Positions 31,251-32,000 of a stretch of 32,000 nt of DNA are shown in pieces. The stretch is from Alkanindiges illinoisensis DSM 15370. Its GTDB lineage: Bacteria > Pseudomonadota > Gammaproteobacteria > Pseudomonadales > Moraxellaceae. The translations under genes were made by a program, and so were the position numbers. The stretch is taken from contig NZ_JHUX01000009.1 of NCBI RefSeq assembly GCF_000619845.1, forward strand, positions 30,001 through 62,000, in the 5' to 3' direction. Below the pieces are notes generated by a model. That model did no database searches, was not told where the DNA came from, and worked only from the letters and a program-made list of their open reading frames with translations. How positions within the stretch are numbered: position 1 is the stretch's first letter; every line of letters begins with the position of its first letter.

Positions 31251-32000
31251 ATGACAATAATGCCGTCAAGCCCGCTGATTAAGCAATTAAAGCAGATGAC
31301 TCATCCCATACTGAGTTCATTTCGTTTGTTTCTTCGGGTGAAAAGTATTGCAGCCTCGTCTTGTGGTCATACCTTTGCCTATGGCATTGACCTCAATACT
31401 GATGAAATCATTAAGGTCCGGCTCAATACTGTCGATGAAGGCGTTGACGATTTAATGCAGGCCAGACAGATGAGCCGGGAACTGGCTCTAAAGCAGGTTA
31501 AATCCCAGTACACAGGCGCCAATAGTCGGGACAGTTTGCAGACCAAACGCGATAAATATCAGGCTGTTTATTTGTCCTTTGACCGTTGCATTGAAATTCC
31601 ATCTACAGAATTTGGTATTAAGGCCTATCGCAGCCACTGGGCAGAACTTATGAGTGCTGATCCGAGCGCTGAAGTGATATTTGGCTTAGGCCATGTGCAT
31701 CGTCAACCGAGTGATCCTGTACTACAAAATCAAAAGCCTGGGGCGGCATGGACTGAAATTGTCGAAGCAATTGAGATACTGACACCACAACAGCAAAGTT
31801 CTAATCATCAAAGTCTCATAGCTGCCTTAAGCCCGACGGATGAGCAGCATCGACCCCGGGAAGGCTATGCGGTATTACAGGTGTATGAGCAGGATCAGCT
31901 GCAAAGTGAAATAAAGATTTTTCAGCATCGAAAGGCGGTAACGCATCCTGATCCTCAAGGACAAGCGCTCTCCGTTTTACAGGCGGTGTCAGCAGAAGAA
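31251..32000 (+). CDS. Hypothetical protein, 3' end outside the window
   Basis: The frame is open for all 250 codons from the ATG at 31251 to the window edge by my manual translation (MTIMPSSPLIKQLKQMTHPILSS...GLGHVHRQPSDP...). It is absent from the ORF track, presumably because it has no stop. The true start may be a later ATG. No family recognised. Confidence 0.5.
   Translation, partial: MTIMPSSPLIKQLKQMTHPILSSFRLFLRVKSIAASSCGHTFAYGIDLNTDEIIKVRLNTVDEGVDDLMQARQMSRELALKQVKSQYTGANSRDSLQTKRDKYQAVYLSFDRCIEIPSTEFGIKAYRSHWAELMSADPSAEVIFGLGHVHRQPSDPVLQNQKPGAAWTEIVEAIEILTPQQQSSNHQSLIAALSPTDEQHRPREGYAVLQVYEQDQLQSEIKIFQHRKAVTHPDPQGQALSVLQAVSAEE

Noticed and set aside
1-32000. Searched by eye for CRISPR arrays, tRNA/rRNA genes, integrase or att sites at tRNA ends, IS elements, and retron or DGR-like reverse-transcriptase signatures
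   Set aside because: I found no regularly spaced direct repeats, no cloverleaf-like or rRNA-like segments, and no transposase, tyrosine-integrase or RT motifs in any ORF in this window.

Overview
The window reads as part of a conjugative element, either a plasmid or an ICE. The host is probably a proteobacterium, but no marker gene here supports a taxon call. (1) Bases 1-7.7 kb carry IncP Tra1-like DNA-transfer genes. These are a relaxase C-terminus, a TraG/VirD4 coupling protein, a TraF S26 peptidase, a lytic transglycosylase, a small acidic ORF, and a 1263-aa ArdC-zincin-repeat-Toprim 'polyvalent' primase. (2) Bases 7.7-24.3 kb carry about 16.5 kb of metal and metalloid resistance cargo, bracketed by two copies of one palindromic hairpin. 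The cargo holds arsR-arsC-arsC-arsH-arsC-acr3 on the minus strand. It also holds a visibly AT-richer module, lspA-feoB-feoA-CDF(HMA), divergent from a CadR/PbrR-type MerR regulator. Twin MerR-type promoters flank that regulator, followed by a czcI-like gene, czcCBA and czcD. (3) Bases 24.3-32 kb are an accessory region with no assignable pathway. It has two divergent operons sharing a control region that contains res-like repeats. The leftward operon encodes a 181-aa two-domain protein, a serine recombinase and a small 4-TM protein. The rightward operon encodes a zeta-toxin-like kinase, a WD40-like beta-propeller, an exported lipoprotein-like protein and a class-3-lipase-like hydrolase. The two enzymes share a conserved C-terminal module of about 57 aa and a basic tail. 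This operon is my best candidate for an undescribed system, most plausibly T4SS-delivered effector/immunity pairs or a novel stabilisation or defence module. Downstream lie an Abi_2/HEPN-type abortive-infection gene, a back-to-back consensus promoter driving a short terminated transcript, and a 3'-truncated unknown ORF. I saw no rRNA, tRNA, CRISPR array or transposase.
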